Notes: a model not told the origin generated them from the letters alone. A stretch of DNA of 64,000 nt from an uncultured Verrucomicrobiae bacterium (GCA_963759415.1 CAVWZG010000001.1:111585-175584); one strand, 5' to 3'. Shown: positions 43,286 to 53,303, numbered from the stretch's first letter. Numbers and translations: made by a program.

Positions 43286-45203
43286 GATTCCTGTTCCTGG
43301 CGGCGATCAAATCGGCCAGACGTTGGCGGGCGGCGGCGAGGTCGGGTTGACTATCCACCGCCTTTTGGCAGTGAGCGATGGCCTCGTCCAGACGTCCGCG
43401 ATAAGCCAGAATACCAGCCAGATTGTAATGGGCTTCGGCAAAGGTGGGCGAGAGTTGGACGGCGCGCTGAAACTGTTCCATGGCTTCGTCCATGCGCCTT
43501 TGGTGCAGGAGGATGTTACCCAAATCATTATGCGTCAGAGCGGCATCGGGATTTAACTCCAGCGACCGTTGATAAGCCGCGGTGGCATCTGCAACCTGGC
43601 CCATTTGCAGCAAGGCGTAGCCCAGATTGCACCACGCTTCAGCGGCCGAGGGCTTGATATGGATCGCTTCGCGGCACGAGGCGGCGGCGGCGGCGAAATC
43701 ACCCTTTTTCAAATAAGCACGGGCCAGGGTCTGGCGGTTCCCCTCGCTGTGCGGTTGAGCATTGATGGAGCGCAAGGCCTCGGCGATGGCTTCATCCACC
43801 TTGCCTTGATGCAATAGAATGCCGGACAGTTCATCGTGGGCCTCGGGATCGCTGGGCAAAACGGCGAGGGCAGCGCGGCAATAAGCAACGGCTTCATCCC
43901 ATTGCTCATGTTCGACCAGCCATTTGCTCAGGTTGTTTAGAGCCGGCAGACAATTGGGGTAATGGCGCAAGGTGGCTCTCCACAACGTGCCGCTATCCTT
44001 GTAAACCGCCGTTTGACGCCAAGCCAGCAAGGCGAAAAGAACCGCCGCCACAGCCGCGACCGCGGTCAAGGCCTGGCGAAGCAGCGGGCGTCTGGAGGCC
44101 AGGTCATACAATCCCCAGACCGTCATGATCCACAAACCGATGCAGGGCAAGTAGCTGTATCGGTCGGCCATGGACTGCGCCCCGACCTGCACCACGCCAA
44201 TCGTCGGAATCAACATGCCCGCAAACCAAAACCAGCCCACCGCCAGCCAAGGTTCCGAACGCGCCCGCCAAAGCGCCAGCGCGGTGACTCCGGCCAGCAA
44301 CACCACCGCGCCGATGATTTCGGACGTCCGCCAGCCGGTGTATGGGTAAAACGCCGCCAAATCCGCCGGCCAAAAGTTTTTTGTCAAGTACCGCGTGTAA
44401 GCGATGGGAATGTTCGCCAGACGGACAGAGACAGGGAAGCGGGCCAGGGAAGCCACGGCGCCCGTTCGCTCCTGCACCAGGAAAGTCACGAGGCTGGAGC
44501 CGGCGGCCAGGACAAAGAACGGAATCTTTTCCAGAACGGGCCGCCAGGCAAAATTGGGGCCAGGCTCCAACCGCCGCAGCGGCCAGTAATCCAGCAACAG
44601 CAGCACAAAGGGCAGCGTCACCACCATCGGCTTGGACATCAGCCCCAGCGCGAAAAACAACAGGCTCAATCCGTAAAAAATCCCTGTCCTCCGTAGCCTT
44701 GGCGAAGGAGGATTCACGTAGCGAAGGTAGGCGCCAACCGCGAGCATCCAGAAAAACGCGCTCAACAAGTCTTTCCGCTCGGAAATCCACGCGACCGACT
44801 CCACGCGCAGAGGATGGAGCGCGAACATCACGGCCACCAAGGCGCTCCGCCACAACGCGCCGGTCAGGCGGTTAAGCAGCAGAAAAAGCAAAACCGCGTT
44901 GGCCGCGTGCAGCATAAGACTGGTCAAGTGATGCCCCATTGGCTGCAATCCATATATTTGACCGTCGAGAATATGCGACAGCCACGTCAGCGGATGCCAA
45001 TTGCTGGCCGCGTCGGTGGTAAATGCCCACCGCACACTCTCCCAGGTTAAACCGTGCTGGACGTGCCAATTCTGCGTGACGTAATCGTAATCGTCAAAAT
45101 TGACAAAGCCGTCGCGCAGCGCCGGCCAAAAGACGGCCAGCACCGCCGCGCCGAGCAGGACGCTCACCAGGCACTTTTGCCGCCGCGTTGGTGTCAACGT
45201 CAT
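43275..45203 (-). CDS. TMTC-like GT-C/TPR membrane protein (paralogue 2)
   Basis: 642-aa ORF with GFVNFDDYDYVTQN, NWHPLTWLSHILD, GHHLTSLMLHAANAVLLFLLL and a C-terminal TPR array. It overlaps the downstream paralogue by 11 nt. Confidence 0.8.
   Translation of the reverse strand: MTLTPTRRQKCLVSVLLGAAVLAVFWPALRDGFVNFDDYDYVTQNWHVQHGLTWESVRWAFTTDAASNWHPLTWLSHILDGQIYGLQPMGHHLTSLMLHAANAVLLFLLLNRLTGALWRSALVAVMFALHPLRVESVAWISERKDLLSAFFWMLAVGAYLRYVNPPSPRLRRTGIFYGLSLLFFALGLMSKPMVVTLPFVLLLLDYWPLRRLEPGPNFAWRPVLEKIPFFVLAAGSSLVTFLVQERTGAVASLARFPVSVRLANIPIAYTRYLTKNFWPADLAAFYPYTGWRTSEIIGAVVLLAGVTALALWRARSEPWLAVGWFWFAGMLIPTIGVVQVGAQSMADRYSYLPCIGLWIMTVWGLYDLASRRPLLRQALTAVAAVAAVLFALLAWRQTAVYKDSGTLWRATLRHYPNCLPALNNLSKWLVEHEQWDEAVAYCRAALAVLPSDPEAHDELSGILLHQGKVDEAIAEALRSINAQPHSEGNRQTLARAYLKKGDFAAAAASCREAIHIKPSAAEAWCNLGYALLQMGQVADATAAYQRSLELNPDAALTHNDLGNILLHQRRMDEAMEQFQRAVQLSPTFAEAHYNLAGILAYRGRLDEAIAHCQKAVDSQPDLAAARQRLADLIAARNRNHGP
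44687..44712. repeat. 26-nt hairpin motif (6-bp stem, 14-nt loop) embedded in frame in paralogue 2
   Basis: tcctcc gtagccttggcgaa ggagga. The minus strand encodes PPSPRLRR. Confidence 0.8.
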
Positions 45204-46954
45204 GGAGGAACGCCTCCATTGCCGAGTTGGTATTGGCGCGCCTGCAATTCCAGGGCGCCGGCCAGCGCGCGGTTGTTCCGGGCCAGGGCGATTTGACGCG
45301 CCCGTTGGGCCGTGGCCGCGGCCTGGCGAAAATTTCCAGATGCCGCGTAGGCGGAGGCGAGGGCGCCCATAACGGCCGGATTCTGATCCAGGGCCAAGGC
45401 GTGTTGAAAGCTTTCGACCGCCACGTCGGGCTGGCGATTACTGAGGAAGGCGCGGCCCATGTTGTAGTAGGCCTGGGGAAAAGCCGGTTGCAGCAGCAGG
45501 GCGCTTTCAAAATTGGAAATCGAATTGGGAATACGCCCCTGCTCCAGAAGCACGCAACCAAGATTGTTTTCAGCCCGGGCCAGGAACGAAGGCGGAGCGT
45601 CCTTGCCGGCGACTTTGAGCGCCCGTTCAAAACATCTGGCGGCGCGGGGAAGGTTGCCCTGTTGCATCACCTGGCACCCGACATTGTAACAAGTCATGTA
45701 GTCTTGATCGGAAACGTCGGCCGCGTGCGAGAAGAGCGCGACCGGATTTTTCCAAAAAGAGATTTGCCGGACCGTCAACATCGCGCACGCGGCCAAGGCC
45801 AGCGCCCCGGCCATGGCGACGGCTTTGAGCAGCAGTGCATGGCGCGCGGCCAAACCGGACAGTCCCCAAGCCACCATGAGCAGGATGCCCACGCTGGGCA
45901 GGTAGCTGTAACGATCGGCCATTGACTGATGGCCCACTTGCACCAAGCCGATGGTGGGAACGAGCATGCCCAGGAACCAAAACCAGCCCACCGCCAAGTA
46001 GGGCCGCGCCCGCATTTGCCAAACCGCCCACGCCGTAATCAATCCCAAAAGTAGAACCGCGCCCGCCACCTGGTAAAAGCGCCAGCGCTCATAGCCGTAA
46101 AACACCGCCAATCCGAACGGCCAAAAAATCTTCCCCAAATAGCGCGCGTAAGACACGACGGCATTGGACAGCCGGGCGCTCAGAAGAAGTTTCGAGAACG
46201 ACGTCACCACCCCGGAACGGTGCTGCACGAGGAACGTGGCGGCGCTGGAACCGGCGGCCAGGAGCAGAAAGGGAATTTTCTCCGCCATCAGCCGCCAGGA
46301 AAAGCGCGCTCCAAATTCCAGGCGGCGCAGCGGCCAGTAATCCAGCAACAGCAGCACAAAGGGCAGCGTCACCACCATCGGCTTGGACATCAAACCCAGC
46401 GCAAAAAACAACAGGCTCAATCCGTAAAAAACCCCTGTCCTCCGTAGCCTTGGCGAAGGAGGATTCACGTAGCGGACGTAGGCCCCGGCCGCCAGCATCC
46501 AGAAAAACGTGCTCAACACGTCCTTGCGCTCCGCCACCCACACCACCGACTCGGCCCGGAGCGGATGGAGCGCGAAGAGAGCCGCGACCCACGCGCTGGC
46601 CCAGAGCGCGCCCGTCATGCGGTTGAGCAAAAGGAAGAGCAAAACGGCATTGGCCGCGTGCAAAAGCAGGCTGGTCAGGTGATGGCCGGTCGGGTTCAGC
46701 CCGTAAAGCTGGCAATCCAGGCAGTGCGACATCCAGGTGACCGGATGCCAATTGGCCGCGCAGTCGGTGGTCAAAGCCCATTGGATGCTCTCCCAGGTTA
46801 AGCCGCGCTGGACGTTCGGATTACGCGTGACGTAATCGCCATCGTCAAAGTTGACAAACTCGCATCGCAGCGCCTGCCCATAGACGACCAGCACGGCTGC
46901 GGCCAACAAGACGCACAGCAGCCACTTCTGCCGCCGATTTCCTGGCTCCGTCAT
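45200..46954 (-). CDS. TMTC-like GT-C/TPR membrane protein (paralogue 3)
   Basis: 584-aa ORF with EFVNFDDGDYVTRN, NWHPVTWMSHCLD, GHHLTSLLLHAANAVLLFLLL and a C-terminal TPR array. It has 4-nt overlaps with both neighbours. Confidence 0.8.
   Translation of the reverse strand: MTEPGNRRQKWLLCVLLAAAVLVVYGQALRCEFVNFDDGDYVTRNPNVQRGLTWESIQWALTTDCAANWHPVTWMSHCLDCQLYGLNPTGHHLTSLLLHAANAVLLFLLLNRMTGALWASAWVAALFALHPLRAESVVWVAERKDVLSTFFWMLAAGAYVRYVNPPSPRLRRTGVFYGLSLLFFALGLMSKPMVVTLPFVLLLLDYWPLRRLEFGARFSWRLMAEKIPFLLLAAGSSAATFLVQHRSGVVTSFSKLLLSARLSNAVVSYARYLGKIFWPFGLAVFYGYERWRFYQVAGAVLLLGLITAWAVWQMRARPYLAVGWFWFLGMLVPTIGLVQVGHQSMADRYSYLPSVGILLMVAWGLSGLAARHALLLKAVAMAGALALAACAMLTVRQISFWKNPVALFSHAADVSDQDYMTCYNVGCQVMQQGNLPRAARCFERALKVAGKDAPPSFLARAENNLGCVLLEQGRIPNSISNFESALLLQPAFPQAYYNMGRAFLSNRQPDVAVESFQHALALDQNPAVMGALASAYAASGNFRQAAATAQRARQIALARNNRALAGALELQARQYQLGNGGVPP
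46438..46463. repeat. The same 26-nt hairpin motif embedded in paralogue 3
   Basis: Sequence identical to 44687..44712. Confidence 0.8.
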
Positions 46955-48639
46955 GGGTGAGAACCTCCCTTTTCAGCCTGCAACCGCCTCAATTCGGATG
47001 CCGCATCCGCCAGCTTGCGGCGGATTTCAGCCACGCCTGGATCCAGGGCCAGCGCGCGTTGGAAGCAATCCACCGCCACATCGGGTTGGTGGTTGGCCAG
47101 GAACGCGCGGCCGAGATTGTAATAGGCCTCCGGATACTTTGGTTCTATTTCAAGGGCCTTCTCGAAGTTGGCCACGGCGTTGGAGATTTGCCCCTCGTGC
47201 AAGTAAGCGTAGCCCAAATTATTGTGCGCGCGGGCGTGGCTGATCCAGAGCGCGTCATCCTTTTCCGTGCTCAGGGCCTGTGTGAAATACATAATTGCCT
47301 CGCGATAATCTCCCTGATCCCTGGCGTAGCAGCCCAGATTGTAGCAGGCCAGATAATTCTGATCCGTGACATGCATGGCCCGCATGAAGAGAGTTCGGGA
47401 ATCCCGCCAAAAGGTCACTTGCCGGGAAGTCAAAATCACGCACGCGATGAGCGCCGCGCCTCCCGCCAGCGCCGCCAGGGCGCGCGGAAACGGGCGCCCG
47501 CCGGCCCACTCCCGCACCCACCATGCCACCATGATCCAAAGGCCGACGCTGGGAACGTAACTGTAACGGTCAGCCATCGCCTGGAAGCCCACTTGCACCA
47601 CGCCGATGGTGGGGACAAGCATGCCCAAAAACCAAAACCAGCCGACGGCCAGATACGGTTGCGCCCGCCAGCGCCGCGCCGCCAGCACGCTGACCGCCGC
47701 CAACAGGCAAGCCGTCCCGCCGACTTCCAGAAAACCCAGCGGCCGATGCGGATAAAACACAGCCAAGCCGGACGGCCAAAAACTCTTGCCGATGTAGCGC
47801 CCGTAAACGACCGGAATGTTTGCCAGGCGGATACCGAGAGGAAATTGGTCCAAAGAAGCCATCGCGCCGGTGCGATTCTGCACCAGGTACGTCACCACGC
47901 AGGAGCCGGCCGCCAAAACAAAAAATGGAATCTTCTCCGCCACCGGCCGCCACGAGAATTTCGGGCCGAATTCCAATCGCCGCAAGGGCCAAAAATCCAG
48001 CAGCAGCAAGACAAACGGCAGTGTCACCAACATCGGCTTGGACATCAGCCCCAGCGCAAAAAACAACAGGCTCAATCCGTAAAAAATCCCTGTCCTCCGT
48101 AGCCTTGGCGAAGGAGGATTCACGTAGCGGACATAGGCTCCGACCGCCAGCATCCAGAAAAACGTGCTCAATACATCTTTGCGCTCGGCCACCCACACCA
48201 CCGACTCGACTCTCATCGGATGGAGGGCAAAGACCGCCGCCACCCACGCGCTGGCCCAAAGCACCCCAGTCAGGCGATTGAGGAGCAGGAAGAGCAGGAC
48301 GACGTTGACCAGGTGCAAGAGCAGGCTGGTCAGATGGTGCCCGGCCGGGTTCAGCCCGTAAAGCTGGCAATCAAGGCTATGTGAGAGCCATGTCAGCGGA
48401 TGCCAATTGGAGGCCTCGCCGGTGGTCAAGGCCCATTTGAGGCCGTGCCAGCTCAAGCCCTGTTGCACGTGAGTGTTCGAGCCGACATAGACCGGGTCGT
48501 CGTAATAAACGAAGCCGCAGCGAAGGGCCGGCCAAAACGTGGCCAGCACGGCCACGGCCAGCATGAGGCAAACGAGGCCTTCCCGCCATCGGCTTCCAGA
48601 ATCTGTCATCGCCGTTGATCTTAGCCGCAACGCCGCCAC
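46951..48639 (-). CDS. TMTC-like GT-C/TPR membrane protein (paralogue 4)
   Basis: 562-aa ORF with GFVYYDDPVYVGSN, NWHPLTWLSHSLD, GHHLTSLLLHLVNVVLLFLLL and a C-terminal TPR array. Confidence 0.8.
   Translation of the reverse strand: MAALRLRSTAMTDSGSRWREGLVCLMLAVAVLATFWPALRCGFVYYDDPVYVGSNTHVQQGLSWHGLKWALTTGEASNWHPLTWLSHSLDCQLYGLNPAGHHLTSLLLHLVNVVLLFLLLNRLTGVLWASAWVAAVFALHPMRVESVVWVAERKDVLSTFFWMLAVGAYVRYVNPPSPRLRRTGIFYGLSLLFFALGLMSKPMLVTLPFVLLLLDFWPLRRLEFGPKFSWRPVAEKIPFFVLAAGSCVVTYLVQNRTGAMASLDQFPLGIRLANIPVVYGRYIGKSFWPSGLAVFYPHRPLGFLEVGGTACLLAAVSVLAARRWRAQPYLAVGWFWFLGMLVPTIGVVQVGFQAMADRYSYVPSVGLWIMVAWWVREWAGGRPFPRALAALAGGAALIACVILTSRQVTFWRDSRTLFMRAMHVTDQNYLACYNLGCYARDQGDYREAIMYFTQALSTEKDDALWISHARAHNNLGYAYLHEGQISNAVANFEKALEIEPKYPEAYYNLGRAFLANHQPDVAVDCFQRALALDPGVAEIRRKLADAASELRRLQAEKGGSHP
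48093..48118. repeat. The same 26-nt hairpin motif embedded in paralogue 4
   Basis: Sequence identical to 44687..44712. Confidence 0.8.
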
Positions 48640-48649
48640 AACTGAAACT

Positions 48650-50011
48650 TCAATTTCTGCGCCGGGGCAGCGAACAGGTGACCGTGACGCCCCTCGGCTT
48701 GCAGGCCCGCAAACTGAGGGTGGCCCCGATCATGCGCGCCCGGTGTTGCATCACCCGCAATCCCATGCCCTTGCCCTTGGGGGCCGTGGGCGAAAATCCC
48801 GAGCCATTGTCCTTAATCTTCAAGATCAGGCGAGATTTGTCAGACCTGAGACTCAGGAGAATATAGCTGGCCTGGCCGTGTTTGATGGCGTTGGTGGCCG
48901 CTTCCTGCGCGATGCGATACAGATGGACCGCGACGGCATTGTCGCTGATTTTGATATCCGGCTCGCATTGCAACTCGCAGGAGACGGAAAAGATCGCGCG
49001 CAAATTCTCCGCCAATTGTCCCAACGCGGTTTCGATGTCGTTGGAATCCAGCACCACCGGGCAGAGTCCTCGGGAAAGGTGGCGCGTCTGCCCCAACGCC
49101 TCATTGATGAGAGACGCGATGTGACCGGCGGCCTCCGCTTCTTCCGCATGTTTGGCCTGGAGTCTTTGTTGCAGGACCTTGGCCAGAAACGCGATGCCAG
49201 TCATCGCCTGGCCCAAACCATCGTGCAAATCCTGGCCCAAACGCCGCTGTTCCCGTTCGCTGATTTCCTGGATTTCGCCTTCCAAGGCGCGGCGATCGGT
49301 CACATCGCGCAAGATGCTCAAATTCAAATCCGGCGCCAGTTGGGCGGAGGAAAATTCGATGAAACAACGTTCGCCGGTGGGTTTGGTAAAGGAAAGCTCG
49401 CCCAGATCCTCGGAGCGCTTTGGGCCTTGCTCATTGAGCGCCCGGGCAGGCAAATCGCTCCATTTTTTTTGCAGCAATTCTTCCCGGCTCATTCCCAGCA
49501 AGCGGCAGGCCGCGCCGTTGACTTCCATAAAGTTGCCCCCGTCGTCAGAAATCAGGATCGCATCCAGGCTGCGCTCGAAGAGCAGGCGAAAGTGTTCGTG
49601 GCTTTTTTGCAGCGCCTGCAGTGTCGCCGCGTGCTGCACCGAATAGCGGATGACCCGTTCCAGCATGACGAAGTCCAAATTGTCCTTGAGCAAATAGTCC
49701 GCCGCCCCCAACTCCGTCGCCTCCAGATCCACTTTGGGGTCCTCCGACCCGGTAAGCATGATGATCGGAATTTGGATCCCCTCCGCGATGGCTTCGCGCA
49801 GCAAGTCCAGCCCCGAGCGCGGGCCCAGGTGGTAATCCATCAGGCAGGCGTCGTGCCGCCTTTCCCGCAGCGCCGCCAGTCCCTCGTCATAACTGGCCAC
49901 CCAATCCGTGACGAATTTTTTGTCACGGACTTTACTTAACAGGCGGCGCAGGATGAAAACGAAGTTTTCTTCGTCATCCACCAACAATACGCGTACAGGT
50001 GCAACAACCAT
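48650..50011 (-). CDS. Receiver-PAS-histidine kinase (HisKA_3 / NarX-DegS type)
   Basis: VRVLLVDDEENF...ACLMDYHLGPRSGLDL (receiver), a PAS segment, H-box LGQDLHDGLGQAMTGIAFL, and the ATPase motifs IKDNGSGF and GMGLRVMQHRARMIGA. The start is chosen at ATG 50011. Confidence 0.85.
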   Translation of the reverse strand: MVVAPVRVLLVDDEENFVFILRRLLSKVRDKKFVTDWVASYDEGLAALRERRHDACLMDYHLGPRSGLDLLREAIAEGIQIPIIMLTGSEDPKVDLEATELGAADYLLKDNLDFVMLERVIRYSVQHAATLQALQKSHEHFRLLFERSLDAILISDDGGNFMEVNGAACRLLGMSREELLQKKWSDLPARALNEQGPKRSEDLGELSFTKPTGERCFIEFSSAQLAPDLNLSILRDVTDRRALEGEIQEISEREQRRLGQDLHDGLGQAMTGIAFLAKVLQQRLQAKHAEEAEAAGHIASLINEALGQTRHLSRGLCPVVLDSNDIETALGQLAENLRAIFSVSCELQCEPDIKISDNAVAVHLYRIAQEAATNAIKHGQASYILLSLRSDKSRLILKIKDNGSGFSPTAPKGKGMGLRVMQHRARMIGATLSLRACKPRGVTVTCSLPRRRN

Positions 50012-50108
50012 ATTCAACGCTGATCCCAATCATACTCTAATCCCCGGCGGCGAACCAGACAAAGATTAGCCTCAAAACAAACGCGCGGCGATGCGCCCCA
50101 AAGGCACT

Positions 50109-52970
50109 TCAATTGGCGAGGGCATAAGTATTCTCTCGTTTGCTTTGATGCACCGCCGAGGGACAGCAGCGAGCCAGGGCCTCGCGCAGGTCGCGCAGTT
50201 TTGGCGGCTTGCTCAACATCCGGTCCACGTGCGGCGGAACATCTCCCTCCGCCAGAAGCCGCTGGCCCCAGCCAGTCAGCATAATCACCGGAGTGGATGG
50301 CGACGCCGCCTTCACCGCGCTGGCCACTTTGCGGCCATCGACATGAGGCATGCCCAAATCCGTTATCACCACCGCAAAGGGTTCACTGCCGTCTCGCGAC
50401 CGGCGAAAGGCGTCTATGCCCTCCTGGCCGCCGTTGGCCGTGACAATGATATGGCCGTCGGATTCCAGCGTGTCGCGCATGGATTTTACCAGAAGGGGAT
50501 CGTCATCCACCACCAAGATGCGCAGACGCGAAGGCGCCGCTTCGACATCCGATAACGGGACGGCGTCGGCCAGGGCGCTGCCAGGAACGGCAAAACTGAG
50601 GCGCACGGTTGTGCCCTTGCCGGGCGCGCTTTCAATCTCAATCTCCGCGCCGTGCCGTTGCACGATGCCAAAAACCATGGCCAAACCGAGTCCGGTGCCG
50701 CGTTCGCCTTTGGTGGTGAAGAACGGCTCCATGCAGCGGCGCCGAGTCTCTTCGTCCATGCCAGCGCCCGAATCAATCACTTCCAGGCAAACACGCCCCG
50801 TGCCGGTGGTTTTCCCTGAGCCAGGCGCGTGCTCTTCGGTTACAGTCCGCAATGTCAGAGTTCCACCGTCGGACATGGCATCGACGGCATTGAAGACAAG
50901 ATTGATGAGGGCTTCGCGGATTTCACTTTCCACCCCCATGATGGCCGCGCCTTCGGCCTCCAATACGGTCAGCATCTTGATCACGGCCCCCCGTTGCTGC
51001 GGCTCGTCCCGCCAGCGCGCGCGCGTCAGGTCCACCACTTGTTGCACCAGGGGATTCAGAGCCACGCGCCGGAGTGTCAATTGCGGTTCGCGTTGCCGGT
51101 AAAACTCGCGCATCCGCGCCACCGTCTCGGCCACGTCGCGGTTGGCTTGGCGAATGGTTTGCAGGTAATCACGGGCGCGCGCGCTCAAGTTCGGCTCGGT
51201 TTCGAGCAAGGATTCGGTGTAAAGCGCCGCGGGCGAAATGGCGTTGTTGATGTCATGGGCGATGCCGCTGGCCATTTGCCCCAGCGCGCGCAAGCGCTCC
51301 TGCTGCATGACGGCTTGCTGGGTCTGACGCAGGTCATCATAAGCCTGTTGCAAGGCCTCGTAGAGCTGCGATTGCTGCGAAGCCAGCGCGACGTGTTCGC
51401 TCAGTTGTTTCAAAAACTCGCACTCGCCGCTGACGAAACTCTCCGCTTGCCGCCGCCCTGCCAGCAACACGCCAAAGACTGTGCTCTCCACCAATAAGGG
51501 CGCCATGACCAACGAACGAAGGCCGCTGCGCGCCAGTTGTTGCGCAAATGGAAACGGCACCTGGTTGATGTCCGGTTCGTAAACCAAATGCCCATGCACG
51601 CAACGGGTCAGTCCGTTTTCATCAATGGGAATGAGCGCGTGCTCCGACATGCCCAGTTCCCTGGCGATTGGCTCGCTCTTGAGGCCGACGCAGACCAGTT
51701 TGAATTCATTGGCAGGCTGGTCATAAACCCCCACGCAACTGAAATCAATCGGCAGATAATCTTCCAGACTGCGGATGACAACCTGAAAGATGCTGCGCAA
51801 ATCCTGGCGTTCGCCAATGGCGCGGGTAATTTGGTGCAGCAAGTTCAACCGCTCCAACTGCGCCTGCTTTCGTTCCTCGCTTTCACGCAACGCCTTTTCC
51901 GCCTGCCGGCGCACCGTGATGTCGCGCGCCACTTTCGAGGCCCCGATGATCTTGCCCGTCGAATCCTTGATGGGAGAAACCGTGACCGAGATGGCCACCG
52001 CGCTCCCGTCCTTGCGCATCATCTCCGTGTCCAACTGATTGATGCTCTCGCCGCGCTGGATGCGGTCCAGGACGTCTCTTTCCTCCTGCTGGCGCCCGGG
52101 CAGGTTGAGCCGCGTAACCGGCTGGCCGATCATCTCCTGGGCCGCGTAGCCAAGAAGCCGTTCCGCCCCGGCATTCCAACTGGTCACGACCCCTTGCAGA
52201 TTCTTGCCGATGATGGCGTCTTCCGAGAATTCCACGATGGCGCTCAGTTGGGACGCGGCCTCCTCGGCTCGTTTGCGATCGGTGATGTCGGCGCGGATGG
52301 CCACGTATTGCCGCGGCTTTCCGTTCTGGTCCAGGAACGGCACAATAGTAGTGTCCACCCAGTAGAACGAACCGTCCTTGGCCTTGTTCTTAAGCTCGCC
52401 ATGCCACACCTTGCCCCGCGCAATCGTGCTCCAAAGATCGCGGATGAATTCCTTGGGATGATATCCTGAGTTGATGAGGCGGTGGTCCTGCCCCAACAAT
52501 TCCTGCCGGGCATATTTGGAAATCACGCAAAACTTGTCATTGACGTAGGTGATCTTGCCGCGTGGATCGGTGATGGCCACAATGGCGTGCTCATCAAGCG
52601 CCGCCTTCAAATCGCCGATTTCCTGGTGCGAAACTTTCAGTTCATGTTCTGCGCGGGCCTGTTCGCCGCCGGTTTTGGGGAAAAAGAACCCCCACCCCAG
52701 CAGCGTCAGGCCGAGCAGCGACACCGCCAGCGCCAGGCCGCACAACAACGTTGTCGCCGCCGCGTTCGCCTTCATGGCCGCCAAACCGGGCAGGACGCTT
52801 TGCAGCGCGGGAATGTCGAAGTTCCACCCCACCAGCACAGACGCGCCAAGGAACACCCCCAGCCCCCCGCCAGCAACGCCAGCTTGCGCGGCGTCATATT
52901 GGCCTGTGGCGCGGCAGTCATGGCCTCCCTCCGCTGTGGTTCCCGCGCCCGGCGCCCGAGCCTGCGGCAA
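50109..52970 (-). CDS. Hybrid sensor histidine kinase / response regulator (TM, multiple PAS, GAF, HisKA, HATPase, REC)
   Basis: 953-aa ORF with H-box [32 protein letters not shown]...[21 protein letters not shown], and a C-terminal receiver [12 protein letters not shown]...[13 protein letters not shown]...MLTGWG. The start codon is uncertain (TTG at 52970). Confidence 0.85.
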   Translation of the reverse strand: MPQARAPGAGTTAEGGHDCRATGQYDAAQAGVAGGGLGVFLGASVLVGWNFDIPALQSVLPGLAAMKANAAATTLLCGLALAVSLLGLTLLGWGFFFPKTGGEQARAEHELKVSHQEIGDLKAALDEHAIVAITDPRGKITYVNDKFCVISKYARQELLGQDHRLINSGYHPKEFIRDLWSTIARGKVWHGELKNKAKDGSFYWVDTTIVPFLDQNGKPRQYVAIRADITDRKRAEEAASQLSAIVEFSEDAIIGKNLQGVVTSWNAGAERLLGYAAQEMIGQPVTRLNLPGRQQEERDVLDRIQRGESINQLDTEMMRKDGSAVAISVTVSPIKDSTGKIIGASKVARDITVRRQAEKALRESEERKQAQLERLNLLHQITRAIGERQDLRSIFQVVIRSLEDYLPIDFSCVGVYDQPANEFKLVCVGLKSEPIARELGMSEHALIPIDENGLTRCVHGHLVYEPDINQVPFPFAQQLARSGLRSLVMAPLLVESTVFGVLLAGRRQAESFVSGECEFLKQLSEHVALASQQSQLYEALQQAYDDLRQTQQAVMQQERLRALGQMASGIAHDINNAISPAALYTESLLETEPNLSARARDYLQTIRQANRDVAETVARMREFYRQREPQLTLRRVALNPLVQQVVDLTRARWRDEPQQRGAVIKMLTVLEAEGAAIMGVESEIREALINLVFNAVDAMSDGGTLTLRTVTEEHAPGSGKTTGTGRVCLEVIDSGAGMDEETRRRCMEPFFTTKGERGTGLGLAMVFGIVQRHGAEIEIESAPGKGTTVRLSFAVPGSALADAVPLSDVEAAPSRLRILVVDDDPLLVKSMRDTLESDGHIIVTANGGQEGIDAFRRSRDGSEPFAVVITDLGMPHVDGRKVASAVKAASPSTPVIMLTGWGQRLLAEGDVPPHVDRMLSKPPKLRDLREALARCCPSAVHQSKRENTYALAN

Positions 52971-53303
52971 TTTCGCCCGCCCCCCTCAAGGAAATTAAAT
53001 ATGGAAATTTTTGCAAAACGCTAACCTCACGTCTTATTCATCACATAACGTGGCATAATTGTCAAAATCTATTCCGCGCGCAACGCCGCGCCGCCTCTCT
53101 CTTCTTAAATGCAGCGCGGACGCATCCAAATTCCGAGTGGTTGGAGCAAACAGGCATGGTTCCAGCTTGCGTTGAGTCGTTTGCGCGGCGACGAAGGAAA
53201 GCCAAGTTCTAAGCGGCGAAGCCGGGGCGGGGCTTTGATCTCCCCGGAAGCAGACGATCAGAGCTTTCGATGCGTCTGCCCTGCGGGGCGCAAAAAGATT
53301 ACG

